63,792 bases of DNA from Actinomycetota bacterium (GCA_025963875.1 JAOPZY010000033.1:1-63792); one strand, 5' to 3'. Shown: positions 53,427-62,823, counted from the first letter of the stretch. The notes: a model not told the origin generated them from the letters alone. Numbers and translations: made by a program.

Positions 53427-53537
53427 AGAACCTCCTGGTCTTGTCGGGGCGGCGGGGTGTCAGTGCTTAGTAACGACCCGGGAGGTTGGGTAAAGCTGGA
53501 AGTTTCCTGTGGGCGGCCTGGGAGAACGGTCCTCCGC

Positions 53538-54248
53538 CTACGCCGTGCCCAGGCCCCGGGACAGCCCCCAGCACAATCCCTGGGCGAAGTCCGCCCCCGA
53601 CGAGTGACCGACACTGCCCAGCGCCCGCGCCGCCGAGCGGGCGGCGGGGCCATAACCCGCGACGGCCGCTGCGAGGAGATCGTGGACCGGGGCCAGCGCC
53701 TGACCTCGTGCCGCCCAGAGCAGGAAGGCGCCCGAGATGGCGGTCGTCTTCACCTGACGGGCCACGGCCACGAGGTCGTCGTCGCATCCCATCGCCTCCA
53801 GGGCGAAGAGGACCCCGCCCAGGGCGTCGTCGCCGGCAGGCGTCAGGCCGGGCCCCGCACCTCCGAGCCGGGCGGCGACCTCGAGTAGGTCGCCCCTTCC
53901 CAGCGCGAGAACGGCGGCCCCGGCCCGCTTCGCGGGCACCAGATTGTTGCCGGCGACCGGCGCGAGCACCTCGAGGACGAGGGGAACGGCAGCCGCGAGG
54001 GCCGCCGGATCCGGGAGCGCTCCCCGCCATATCGGAGCGCCGGCGAGCCCGAACACAGCCGCCTGGGGGGTCGGGGCGGCGTCGAGCAGCACGTGGAGCG
54101 GTCCCGCCCCCACCCCGGGGGCAACGAGCGCTGCGATGCCCGCCGGCGTGGCGACGTAGAGGGCCTTCGGAAACGACGCCAGGACCTCGGCCCCACCCGG
54201 GTGCGCCAGCGCCTCGGCGGCACCCATCCCGGCGAGGAGGGCCTTCAC
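53538..54248 (-). CDS. DUF2877 (YlbF-like) protein
   Basis: GTG 54248 overlaps the upstream TGA. GAGPGLTPAGDDALGGVLFAL motif typical of DUF2877. Confidence 0.7.
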   Translation of the reverse strand: MKALLAGMGAAEALAHPGGAEVLASFPKALYVATPAGIAALVAPGVGAGPLHVLLDAAPTPQAAVFGLAGAPIWRGALPDPAALAAAVPLVLEVLAPVAGNNLVPAKRAGAAVLALGRGDLLEVAARLGGAGPGLTPAGDDALGGVLFALEAMGCDDDLVAVARQVKTTAISGAFLLWAARGQALAPVHDLLAAAVAGYGPAARSAARALGSVGHSSGADFAQGLCWGLSRGLGTA

Positions 54249-55684
54249 GCCTCGGGCGACTCCACCACGCCGAGGAGGGCCGCCTGGAACGCGGCCAGGG
54301 GAGCCGTCGCCACCCCGGCGCCGACCTGGCCCCGGCCCCCTGCCGCGTCGAGGATGCCGGTGGTGATCCGCGGCGTGACCTCGAGCGTCACCACCCGGCG
54401 GAGATCGATGCCGATGGGCGAGCCGGAGAAGTCGAGGTACGGGATGCGGAACCTGGTGCTGCGGCCGGCGCAGATCGACTCCATCGCCCGCGTGGCGGCG
54501 ACCGCCCCGGCCATCTTCCCGCCGAGGAAGGTCGCCACCGCCGGCGACGCCGCGGCTGCAGCGCCGCCGAGCCCGAGGGTCTCGAGCACCGCACTGTCCC
54601 CGATGTCCGGGGCGGCGTCGGCGGGGCCGTAGCCGGGGTGGAAGAGGGCCTGGCCCACGTCGGGCGCGGGGGCGGTGAACCACCGGTCGAGGCCCGCGAC
54701 CTTGATCCCGAAGGTTGTCCCGTTGCGGGCCATCCCGGTGACGATGCTGGAACCCGGCACCGCCGAGGCCCAGTCGGACGTGGTCTTGGCGGCAGCCATG
54801 ACGACGTTGAGGAACAGGAGGTGATTCGTGGCCAGGAACCGTGCCACTTTGACGCCGCGGTCGCCGTCCGCAGCCACCAGGCCGGGCAGCAGCGCACGGA
54901 TGAGGAGGTTGGTGGAGGCCTGGGTCCGCATGTGGGCGTCGTCGCCCATCTGGAGCCCCTGCGCGGCCACCGAGAAGATGTCGATGGGACCTCCCGATTC
55001 GATGGTGGCCCCGAGTGCCGGCTCGAGGACCGGCCGGACGGCTTCCCTCAGCAGCACGAGCCTGGCGACGGCCTCCGGCGTCTCCACGCCGAACCACGGG
55101 GCAGCCCCCGGACCCTGGTTGATCCCGGCGAAGGCACGGGCGCCGGACTGAGGGTTCTCGACGACGAAGACCGGCGCCGAGGGGCCGAGCACGGTCGCCA
55201 TCGGACCAACGGTGGCGTGCTCGTTGGCGGGCTGGAGGTCGACGTCGCCCGAGGCAATCAACGCCTCGGCCGCCTCCGGGGTGTCCGCCCAGCCTTCCGC
55301 CATGACCGCGGCGTGGGCGGAGCGCCGCAGGGGGTCGCAGACGTCCTCCCAGGCAAGTGGCGGCCCGGGGTGGAGCAGCGTCCTGTCGCCCATCCCCGGC
55401 ACGACGTCCCGGGCGGTGGCCAGGCCGCTCAGCACGGGGGCGGCGCTGTCGAGGCGCCGGCAGACCTCCGCGTTGGCCTCCTCTATGCGAGCGGAGTGCG
55501 TTCCGTAGGTCGTGGTGAGCGCGGCCACCAGCGCCGGGTCGCCGCCGGCGGGGATGCGCCAGTCGACGTCGACGACCCCGACCCCCTGGGACCGCACGGC
55601 ATCGCCGAACAGCCTGAGTCCGACGTTGACCACGGCCACTCGGCTGGGGAGTTCCACGGGGGAGCCGTTATCGTGGTCGGCCAT
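54245..55684 (-). CDS. DUF1116 (YlbE-like) protein
   Basis: 479 aa. Length and blocks (NEHATVGPMA, GINQGPG, HMRTQASTNLL, VTGMARNGT) resemble YlbE. Start ATG 55684 or GTG 55657. Confidence 0.7.
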   Translation of the reverse strand: MADHDNGSPVELPSRVAVVNVGLRLFGDAVRSQGVGVVDVDWRIPAGGDPALVAALTTTYGTHSARIEEANAEVCRRLDSAAPVLSGLATARDVVPGMGDRTLLHPGPPLAWEDVCDPLRRSAHAAVMAEGWADTPEAAEALIASGDVDLQPANEHATVGPMATVLGPSAPVFVVENPQSGARAFAGINQGPGAAPWFGVETPEAVARLVLLREAVRPVLEPALGATIESGGPIDIFSVAAQGLQMGDDAHMRTQASTNLLIRALLPGLVAADGDRGVKVARFLATNHLLFLNVVMAAAKTTSDWASAVPGSSIVTGMARNGTTFGIKVAGLDRWFTAPAPDVGQALFHPGYGPADAAPDIGDSAVLETLGLGGAAAAASPAVATFLGGKMAGAVAATRAMESICAGRSTRFRIPYLDFSGSPIGIDLRRVVTLEVTPRITTGILDAAGGRGQVGAGVATAPLAAFQAALLGVVESPEA

Positions 55685-56072
55685 GAGCGAGCTCGAGCTT
55701 ACCGCCCGGTGGGAGGGCGGCTACCGGATGCGGACGGAGGTGCGGGGGCTCGAGATCAGGGCCGACGAGCCTCCCGAGTACCACGGCGACAACACCGGGC
55801 CGATGCCGACGGAGCTGTTCCTGGCCTCCCTTGCCTCGTGCTTCGGGATGGCGGTCGTACACGCCGGGCGCAAGCGCGGCATCGACCTGCCCGACGTTGC
55901 CGTTCGGGTGACCGGCACCTACGAGGGCCTGCGCTTCTCCCGGATCCGGGTCGAGGTCCTCTCCTCGCATCCCCGGGAGCAGCTGGAGCCGCTGCTCGAG
56001 CGGGCCATCAGCTACTGCTACGTCTCCAACACGCTGCTGCACCAGCCGTTGATGGAGTTCGCCATCGGCTGA
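55683..56072 (+). CDS. OsmC-family protein
   Basis: 129 aa. GPMPTELFLASLASCFG and ...AISYCYVSNTL (two conserved Cys). Confidence 0.8.
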   Translation: MSELELTARWEGGYRMRTEVRGLEIRADEPPEYHGDNTGPMPTELFLASLASCFGMAVVHAGRKRGIDLPDVAVRVTGTYEGLRFSRIRVEVLSSHPREQLEPLLERAISYCYVSNTLLHQPLMEFAIG

Positions 56073-56083
56073 CTGTTCTTGTC

Positions 56084-57577
56084 TCACCGGCCCGCCACCT
56101 CCTCGGCAGCCTTCACGAGGGCGCGCTCCGCCTCGTCGAAAGCCGCCTGGCGGCGCTCGGCCTCGGCCCGGATGCGGTCGGCCGCCGCCCGGCATTGGGC
56201 CACCATGCCGCGCACGACGTCCGGGGCGGCGCCGCCGGGCGACCGCCGGGTCGCCACGATGGCCCGGGGGTCGAGCACCTCCGTCAGGTCGGCGCCCGCG
56301 AGCCCCAGGCGCCGCCCGATCCGGCCCTCGGCCGCCTCCTCGATCATCCCGGCGGTGAGGTCGATGCCCCGCAGGCCCTCGGCCGCCGCCCGGCGGACCG
56401 CAGCCCCCACGACCACGTAGGCGGTGCGGTAGTCGACGCCACAGGTCTGCATCACGAATTCGGCGAGGTCGGTTGCCTGCGAGAAACCGGACTCCAGCGA
56501 CGCCCACATCCGCTCCGGATGGACCTCCAGCGTCCTGACGACGCCGGCCATCAGGCGGGTCACCTTGCCGGCCAGCTCCAGGGACCTGGGGATCTCGCCG
56601 TAGGCGAAGATGAGGTTGTCGGTGCGGGCGCTCGGTGTCTTCACGACGGCGAGGAAGCCCGACAGCCTCCCGATCAGCACCCCGGCGGCGCCCCGCACGA
56701 TCGAGAGGGCGTAGGGGTTGCGCTTCTGCGGCATCAGGACGCTGGAGCGGGTGTACGGGCCGGCAAGGCCGACGAAGTCGAACTCCTGGCTGTCCCAGAT
56801 CTCCAGGTCCTCCGCCAGCTTGCTCAGCGTCGAGACGAGGCTGGCCGAGGTGGCGAGGACGTCGATCAGGCCGTCGGTCTGCCACATCGCGTCCCGGGTG
56901 TGGTCGATCAGGCCGTCGAAGCCGAGCAGGGACGCCGTCCGGTCCCGGTCGAGGCCGATGCGGCTGCCGTTGACGCAGCCCGCCCCGCCGGGGCTGCGGT
57001 TGACCCAGTCGCCGGCGGCCAGCAGACGGTCGGCGTCGCGGAGGGCCGGGTAGGCGAACGTGAGGACGTAGTGGCCGAAGGTGGAGGGCTGGGCCTGCTG
57101 GAGGTACGTCTGGTCGGGCATGACCGTCTCGGCGTGGGCCGCGGCCAGGACGGCGGTCGCCTCGGCGAAGGATGCGGCGTCGATCACGAGGCCCGCGACC
57201 AGCCGGCGGAGGTGGAGCCGGAGGGCCACCCGGCCGGCCTCCCGGCGCGGTCGCCCGGCGTGCAGCCAACCGGCGTCGTCGCCGACCTGCCGCACGAAGT
57301 ACGCCTCCCGGCTGTTATAGGCGTCGCCGTAGGCAGGGTCGTAGGGGAAGTCCTCGGCCGGGATCGACCGCACGACGTCGAGGACGGCCCCGATCACCCT
57401 GGCCGCCGGTGCCGGCGGCACCACGCCGCGCTCGGCGAGAACCAGAAGGTGGGCGAGGTCGGCCATGTTGAGACCGTCGTGCAGGAGCGGAGCGTCGGCG
57501 ACCTCCAGGGCAAACCCGCTCTCGACCATCTCGGGGGCGGGGGCCTCGGACGAGGGCCCGACGTCACTCCTGCCCAT
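56084..57577 (-). CDS. Argininosuccinate-lyase-like member of the fumarase/aspartase (lyase_1) superfamily
   Basis: ATG 57577 after GGAGG. Signature SSVLMPQKRNPYAL. About 497 aa. Confidence 0.8.
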   Translation of the reverse strand: MGRSDVGPSSEAPAPEMVESGFALEVADAPLLHDGLNMADLAHLLVLAERGVVPPAPAARVIGAVLDVVRSIPAEDFPYDPAYGDAYNSREAYFVRQVGDDAGWLHAGRPRREAGRVALRLHLRRLVAGLVIDAASFAEATAVLAAAHAETVMPDQTYLQQAQPSTFGHYVLTFAYPALRDADRLLAAGDWVNRSPGGAGCVNGSRIGLDRDRTASLLGFDGLIDHTRDAMWQTDGLIDVLATSASLVSTLSKLAEDLEIWDSQEFDFVGLAGPYTRSSVLMPQKRNPYALSIVRGAAGVLIGRLSGFLAVVKTPSARTDNLIFAYGEIPRSLELAGKVTRLMAGVVRTLEVHPERMWASLESGFSQATDLAEFVMQTCGVDYRTAYVVVGAAVRRAAAEGLRGIDLTAGMIEEAAEGRIGRRLGLAGADLTEVLDPRAIVATRRSPGGAAPDVVRGMVAQCRAAADRIRAEAERRQAAFDEAERALVKAAEEVAGR

Positions 57578-57596
57578 GGTGGCCTCCGTCGCTTTC

Positions 57597-57645
57597 GAGG
57601 TGCGGAAGAAAAACGTTGCTAGAGGTCGTATTTTTTCCGCACCTC
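57597..57645. repeat. Hairpin repeat (family B architecture) between the two lyase genes
   Basis: GAGGTGCGGAA(g)AAAAA-17 nt-TTTTTTCCGCACCTC, 15 bp plus one bulge. Confidence 0.8.
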
Positions 57646-57658
57646 GCGCCACTGCAGT

Positions 57659-58987
57659 TCACGGCCACACCTCCGACTCGCTCGCCCGGGCGGCCCGGGC
57701 CCGGCGAACCACCTCGTCGACCATGCGCCCGGCGGCGCCCGCATCCGGAGCCAGGAGGTCCAACCCGTTGAGGCCAGCAGCGAACGCCACCTCGTCGAGG
57801 GACTCCCCCGCCGCCAGCGCGCGCTGCAGGACGTCCTGGGCCGCGTGCTTCCCCTTCGAGGGCGCCAGCGCGGCGAGCAGCTTCTCGGAGGCGGCCATGG
57901 CCCCGAGGTTGCGGCGCATGGCCTCGGGGTGCACCTCCAGCCCGGCCAGCATCCGCTTGGCGAGGTCGAGCGCGGCCCCCGCAAGAAGGCACGCCTCCGG
58001 CACCGCAGCCCACTCCGCCTTCCAGCCCCGGCCGTCGCGCTCGCCCTCGGCGACCATCCCCTCGAGGACCACACCCTGCTGCGCCCGCACCAGGCGCGAC
58101 AGCGTCACGAGGTGCTCGGCGATCTCGGGGTTGCGCTTGTGCGGCATCGTGATGCTGCCGACGACGCCCCGTCCCGGTGTCTCCGCCAACTCGCCGATCT
58201 CCGGCCGCGATAGCTGGTACACCTCGTTGCCCACCCGGGCGAGGGTTGCGGTCACCATGGCCAGCAGGTGGACGAGCTCCGCGGGACGGTCTCGCGAGGA
58301 GGTCCAGGAGATGGCGGGAGTCTCGAGCCCGAGCAGACCGCAGAAGCGCCGCCGGAGTTCGATGCCGCCGGACCCGAAGAACGCGAGCGTTCCCACGCCT
58401 CCCCCCAGCTGCCCGCCGAAGAGGCGGGGCCCCGCCTCACGGAGGCGGTCGACGTGGCGGCGAACCTCGTCGGCCCATCCGGCTGCCTTGTAGCCGAACG
58501 TGATGGGCGATCCGGGCTGGCCGTGCGTCCGCCCGGCCATGAGGGTGTCGCGGTGGGCCTTCGCCAGCGAGAGCAGGATCTCCTCGATGGCCCGTAGGTC
58601 GCGCCACGCCACGCCGAGGACCTTCCTGGCGGCGAGGGCGCTCCAGGTGTCGGTGAGGTCCTGCACCGTGGCGCCGTAATAGACCCACTCCCTGGCCTCG
58701 TCGGGCAGCACGGCCTGCCACCCCCGGATGAGTCCGAGGGTCGAGTGGCCGGTGCGGCGCGTCTCCTCGGCCACGACCTCGAGGTCGAGCAGCTCCACGG
58801 ACGACGAACCGGCGATGGCCTTGGCCGCCTCCTCGGGAATGATCCCCAGCTCGGCCTGGGCCTGGGCGAGGGCAGCGAGGACATCGAGCCATCCCTGGAT
58901 CCGGCCGGCCTCGTCGAAGACGCGGCGCAGCTCGTCCGTCCCCCAGAGGTGGGCGTAGAGGGCCGAGTCCGTCAGGCGGGCGCCCAC
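57659..58987 (-). CDS. Adenylosuccinate-lyase / 3-carboxymuconate-cycloisomerase-like lyase_1 superfamily enzyme
   Basis: GTG 58987. Signature GSITMPHKRNPEIAE, TVQDLTDT. Confidence 0.8.
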   Translation of the reverse strand: MGARLTDSALYAHLWGTDELRRVFDEAGRIQGWLDVLAALAQAQAELGIIPEEAAKAIAGSSSVELLDLEVVAEETRRTGHSTLGLIRGWQAVLPDEAREWVYYGATVQDLTDTWSALAARKVLGVAWRDLRAIEEILLSLAKAHRDTLMAGRTHGQPGSPITFGYKAAGWADEVRRHVDRLREAGPRLFGGQLGGGVGTLAFFGSGGIELRRRFCGLLGLETPAISWTSSRDRPAELVHLLAMVTATLARVGNEVYQLSRPEIGELAETPGRGVVGSITMPHKRNPEIAEHLVTLSRLVRAQQGVVLEGMVAEGERDGRGWKAEWAAVPEACLLAGAALDLAKRMLAGLEVHPEAMRRNLGAMAASEKLLAALAPSKGKHAAQDVLQRALAAGESLDEVAFAAGLNGLDLLAPDAGAAGRMVDEVVRRARAARASESEVWP

Positions 58988-59874
58988 GCCGTCTCCAGGA
59001 GTTTCGCCACTTCGCTCAACCCTCGGCGCACCTCGTCCAGCGACGCGCCCCAGGGCACGACGACGCAGTTGCCGTCCCGCACGATGTCCTCCTCGAGCAG
59101 GCAGCACTTCGTGAGGGTCGGCACGGTCGTCGGGCTGGCGGCCGCCAGTTCCCTGGGGCAGATGTCGACGGTGGGGGGCTCGGCGTCGCCGTAGAACCAC
59201 CGGTGGAGCTGGCGGGACCGGGCGCACCCGACGAGGGTCCAGGACGCACCGTTCTCCGGGAGGGGAGGCCGCTGATCGAGATAGGCCACCTCGGCCCCCG
59301 GCGGGGCGGCTCCCGAGCCGCGGCACGGCAGCAGGTACCGATCGGCCGGGTGAGTCGCGGCGAGCGCCTCCAGGTCCACCACTTCGCCCCGAAGCTCGAT
59401 CGGGGGCAGGTCGTCGGCCACGTCGAGCACCCGCTGGGCCTGGTCGAGCAACTTCGGCGGGAGGGGCGGCGACACCTCCACCACGCGGACGACCGAGGGG
59501 ACGGGGTCGAGGATGAAGCTCACATGCTGGTAGCGCCCCATCACGATCACGCACCGTGCCCCCGGCGCGAGGTTCCTCGCGGCACGGGCCAGCTGCGAGG
59601 GCACGCCGACGTCGGTTTCGGGGTCCTCGACCACCGCACACTCGTCCGGGCCGGCCAGCACCTCCACCGTGAGGATCGGCGAGAAGAGGGACTCTTCGGA
59701 GGCCTTCTCGACCCTCACGAGCGCCGCCCGGTCGCCGCGCCGGGCGACAATGTAGGTCGTCCGCCGGTAGGCCTCCCGGCCGACCAGGAGCGAGCGGAGG
59801 CCCGCCTCGTTCAGGTCGACATCGACGTCGGCGACGGAAACACTCCGGTAGCGTGCTGGGACGAGGTTCCGCAT
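58972..59874 (-). CDS. Hypothetical protein (300 aa), first gene of the lyase operon
   Basis: Clean ORF with AGGAGA RBS, non-junk composition and several Cys pairs. No family recognised. Confidence 0.6.
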   Translation of the reverse strand: MRNLVPARYRSVSVADVDVDLNEAGLRSLLVGREAYRRTTYIVARRGDRAALVRVEKASEESLFSPILTVEVLAGPDECAVVEDPETDVGVPSQLARAARNLAPGARCVIVMGRYQHVSFILDPVPSVVRVVEVSPPLPPKLLDQAQRVLDVADDLPPIELRGEVVDLEALAATHPADRYLLPCRGSGAAPPGAEVAYLDQRPPLPENGASWTLVGCARSRQLHRWFYGDAEPPTVDICPRELAAASPTTVPTLTKCCLLEEDIVRDGNCVVVPWGASLDEVRRGLSEVAKLLETAWAPA

Positions 59875-59912
59875 ATCTCCTACAGTAAATATTTATAGAA
59901 GGAAAGTCACAC

Positions 59913-61073
59913 GTGCTCGACAATCCGGAGCTGGCCCGACTCAGGGCCGACCGTTGGATTCTCCCGACGGGCGTGGCGTTGTGGGTCATCGCCCTCGCCG
60001 TCGCGATCCAGGGCTTTGTCCGACCTCTTCGCCAGCCGCTCGCCGACCTGCACGTGTATACAACCGCTGTCTCGTCGTTCGTCCACGGCACCGGCCTCTA
60101 CGGGCTGCACGGGTCGCTGCGGTCGGGATTCACCTACCCTCCGTTCGCTGGCCTGGTCCTCCTGCCGCTGGCGGCCGTGCCCGAAACAACGAGCGGTGTC
60201 GCCTGGACGGCGCTCACCGTGCTGGCCGCTGCCGGCATCGCCCTGATGGTGGCCCGCGCCCTGCCCCGGCGAGTCGGTCCCGTCGCCGTCTCCTGGCCGG
60301 CGCTCACTGTGCTGGCTCTGGCGTCGAAGCCGCTCCAGAGCAACCTGCGCTTCGGACAGGTGAGCATCTTCCTCACCCTGGCGGTCGTGGCCGACGTCGT
60401 CGCACTCGACGGCCACCGGTGGCAGGGCGTACTGACGGGGCTGGCCGCGGCGATCAAGTTGACGCCGCTGCTGTTCGTCCCCTACCTGTGGCTGATCGGC
60501 CGGCGGCGGGCCGCAGCCCTGGCTGCCCTTGTCTTCGGGGGAGCCTGCCTGATCGGATTCGCCGTCGCTCCCCATGACTCCGCCGCCTTCTGGGGTAATT
60601 ACCTGTGGCACGAGAGCTATGGCCTGCCCCTGGCCGAGGGCGGTAACCAGTCGATCTACGCAGTCCTCCTCCGGGCCGGGGCCCAGGGCGCCACCCTCGG
60701 CGTGCTGTGGGTCTGCCTCGGCGCCGCCGTGGTGGCGCTCGGCCTGTGGCGGGCCCGGGCGGCATGGGTGGGGGGCCAGCGTCTGTTCAGCCTCGCGGTG
60801 GTGGGCTGCGTGTCGATCCTGGTGTCACCGATCTCCTGGACCCACCACCAGCTCTGGATCCTGCTTGCCGCGGCCGGGGTGTTCACGGCGAACGCCTCCG
60901 TGGACTTCGCTCTCGCGGCCCTCATCATTGCGCTGATGCTGCTCGGCCTGCCCGGGATCCAGGATGTGGGGGCCGTTGGCCGATGGCTGGCCGTCAACCA
61001 CCGGGCCGCGCTCGCGGCGGTTGTCGCGTGCGCGCTCCCGTTCGTAGCCGTCCGGCGGCGCCTCAGCGGCTGA
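59913..61073 (+). CDS. GT87 (DUF2029) polytopic glycosyl/mannosyltransferase-like protein
   Basis: 386 aa, about 10 TM. YPPFAGLVLLPLA, AAAIKLTPLLFVPYL motifs typical of DUF2029. Confidence 0.7.
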   Translation: MLDNPELARLRADRWILPTGVALWVIALAVAIQGFVRPLRQPLADLHVYTTAVSSFVHGTGLYGLHGSLRSGFTYPPFAGLVLLPLAAVPETTSGVAWTALTVLAAAGIALMVARALPRRVGPVAVSWPALTVLALASKPLQSNLRFGQVSIFLTLAVVADVVALDGHRWQGVLTGLAAAIKLTPLLFVPYLWLIGRRRAAALAALVFGGACLIGFAVAPHDSAAFWGNYLWHESYGLPLAEGGNQSIYAVLLRAGAQGATLGVLWVCLGAAVVALGLWRARAAWVGGQRLFSLAVVGCVSILVSPISWTHHQLWILLAAAGVFTANASVDFALAALIIALMLLGLPGIQDVGAVGRWLAVNHRAALAAVVACALPFVAVRRRLSG

Positions 61074-62151
61074 GGCGCTCCAGGATGTGCGAGATCTGTT
61101 GCCAGGGCTCGGTCTGGCCGAGGGCCTGGCCGACGAACGGCAGGATCAGGGCGATGTTGCTCAACCGGAAGCGCCGCCGGGTGGCGGGGTCCACCGGCCA
61201 GGTGGGCATCTCCTCGATGGCCCTGTAGCGCTCCGACCCGGCGGCGATGCGCTCTTTGAGGCCGGCGTCCTGGGCGCCGGGGTCGTGGACGAGCTTGGCC
61301 TGGATCTCGGCGATCTCCAGGGCGGTGTGATCGGCCTCCTTGAGAGCCTTGTCCTTTTGGCTCACCATCTCCTGGTGGAATGCCCAGAGGGGCACGACGA
61401 AGGCCAGCATCTCGATCACGACGGCGACCGCAAGCAGGCCGGGGTAGGAGGTCTTCCAGCGGTCGTAGCGGTGGTGGTTCCAGCCAAGGACGATGAGGAC
61501 CCACCACACCGCGATGAAGGCACCGGGGATCGCCACGACCATCGCCTGGAAGAAATAGAAGTCGCCGACGGGCTTGAGGCCCCCGACGCCGTCGAGGTGG
61601 CCGGGTCGCACCTTGGGCAGGCACGCCCTGGCGCGCAGGAAGGGCCCCAGCCTGCCGAAGCCCGCCATCCGGCCGAGGTGGTAGCCCGCGACGTACGCGC
61701 CCAGGGACTCCAGCACCACCAGCGTCGCCTTCAAGGCGAGGTTGCCCCGCGTCGCCAGGACGAAGGCCAGGAACACCGCCGCCGCGGTCACCCAGCCCGT
61801 CCGGAGTCCCCAGCGCCCAGCACCCGCCGAGAAGTCGGTCCAGAGCTCGTCGAGCTCGCGCTGGGTGACCTCCAGACTGCCCCGGTCGCGCATGCGTTCC
61901 AGCATGCGTTGCGCACGTTGGGGGACGGTCTGGGCGATGACGAGGCCCACGACCAGCACGGCCCAGCCGGAGATGAGCAGCACGTCCCACCGCCGCAGGT
62001 CCGAGCCGCCGTCGTGGATCTGGACCGCGACGTAGAAGGCAAGGATCAGGCCGAACGGGGTCCACCCGTAGCGGGAGGTCAGCAGGCCTTCCAGGAGGCG
62101 AAGCGGTCTCCGTGCCCAATTCGGGGCCCATTTCGGCTGGGCTACGGCCAC
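61063..62151 (-). CDS. Hypothetical membrane protein (362 aa)
   Basis: GTG start. About 6 hydrophobic segments plus a coiled C-terminal region. No family recognised. Confidence 0.5.
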   Translation of the reverse strand: MAVAQPKWAPNWARRPLRLLEGLLTSRYGWTPFGLILAFYVAVQIHDGGSDLRRWDVLLISGWAVLVVGLVIAQTVPQRAQRMLERMRDRGSLEVTQRELDELWTDFSAGAGRWGLRTGWVTAAAVFLAFVLATRGNLALKATLVVLESLGAYVAGYHLGRMAGFGRLGPFLRARACLPKVRPGHLDGVGGLKPVGDFYFFQAMVVAIPGAFIAVWWVLIVLGWNHHRYDRWKTSYPGLLAVAVVIEMLAFVVPLWAFHQEMVSQKDKALKEADHTALEIAEIQAKLVHDPGAQDAGLKERIAAGSERYRAIEEMPTWPVDPATRRRFRLSNIALILPFVGQALGQTEPWQQISHILERLSR

Positions 62152-62154
62152 GGG

Positions 62155-62823
62155 CTACCCGGAGCTGGCGGCCAGATGGCGGCTGCCCGGGGCCACGGTG
62201 TCCTGCCCCGCGGCGCAGAGCGGGCACTCCGCCGGGTCCCACGTCGCGGCCTGCAGCCGGGCGAGGCTGGTGAGGGGCATCCCGAGGTCGAGCGCGGAGG
62301 AGCGGTCGAGGAGGCAGCCGGCCCCCACCAGGGCGTCGGGATCCACGAGGGCCAGGACCTCCTTGAGCGACGTACCGGTGGTCACGACGTCCTCCACGAC
62401 GAGGACCCGCTCGCCCGGCGCCAGCTCGAAGCCCCTCCGCAGCCGCATCGCTCCCGCGTCGCGCTCGGCGAACATGAACCGCGGCCCCCCATCCCGGCTC
62501 AGGGCGAGGGCGGTGGAAAAACCCAGGACGATCGCCCCCAGCGCCGGCGACAGCACGACGTCGATGTGCTGCCCGGCGAAGCGGTCCGCGAGTGACGCTC
62601 CCAGCGAGAGGGCGAGGTCGGGGTGCTCGAGTGCCCGGAACTTCTCGGCGTACACGTCGGAGTGGCGGCCGGAGGACAGGATGAAGTGGCCGGTCGACAC
62701 GGCCCCCACGTCGCGGAGGGCCTGTAGGACCTGGTCCTCGTCGAGGATCTTCGGTTGCCTGAGCCCGCCCGAGGATCGCCCGGCTGCCTTGTACTGGGAG
62801 GACTTGTGGGGTTTCGGGACCAT
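62155..62823 (-). CDS. pyrE: Orotate phosphoribosyltransferase
   Basis: PRPP motif VLVVEDVVTTGTS; FILSSGRHSDVY. Confidence 0.85.
   Translation of the reverse strand: MVPKPHKSSQYKAAGRSSGGLRQPKILDEDQVLQALRDVGAVSTGHFILSSGRHSDVYAEKFRALEHPDLALSLGASLADRFAGQHIDVVLSPALGAIVLGFSTALALSRDGGPRFMFAERDAGAMRLRRGFELAPGERVLVVEDVVTTGTSLKEVLALVDPDALVGAGCLLDRSSALDLGMPLTSLARLQAATWDPAECPLCAAGQDTVAPGSRHLAASSG

Noticed and set aside
53486-57622. Very long ORFs such as 53486..57622 (+, 1378 aa), 6477..9350 (+), 31050..33986 (-), 45833..47758 (-) and 16731..19478 upstream of ribD.
   Set aside because: They have Arg/Pro/Gly/Ala-dominated junk composition and lie antisense or out of frame to genes with clear family motifs. 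These are typical high-GC shadow ORFs.
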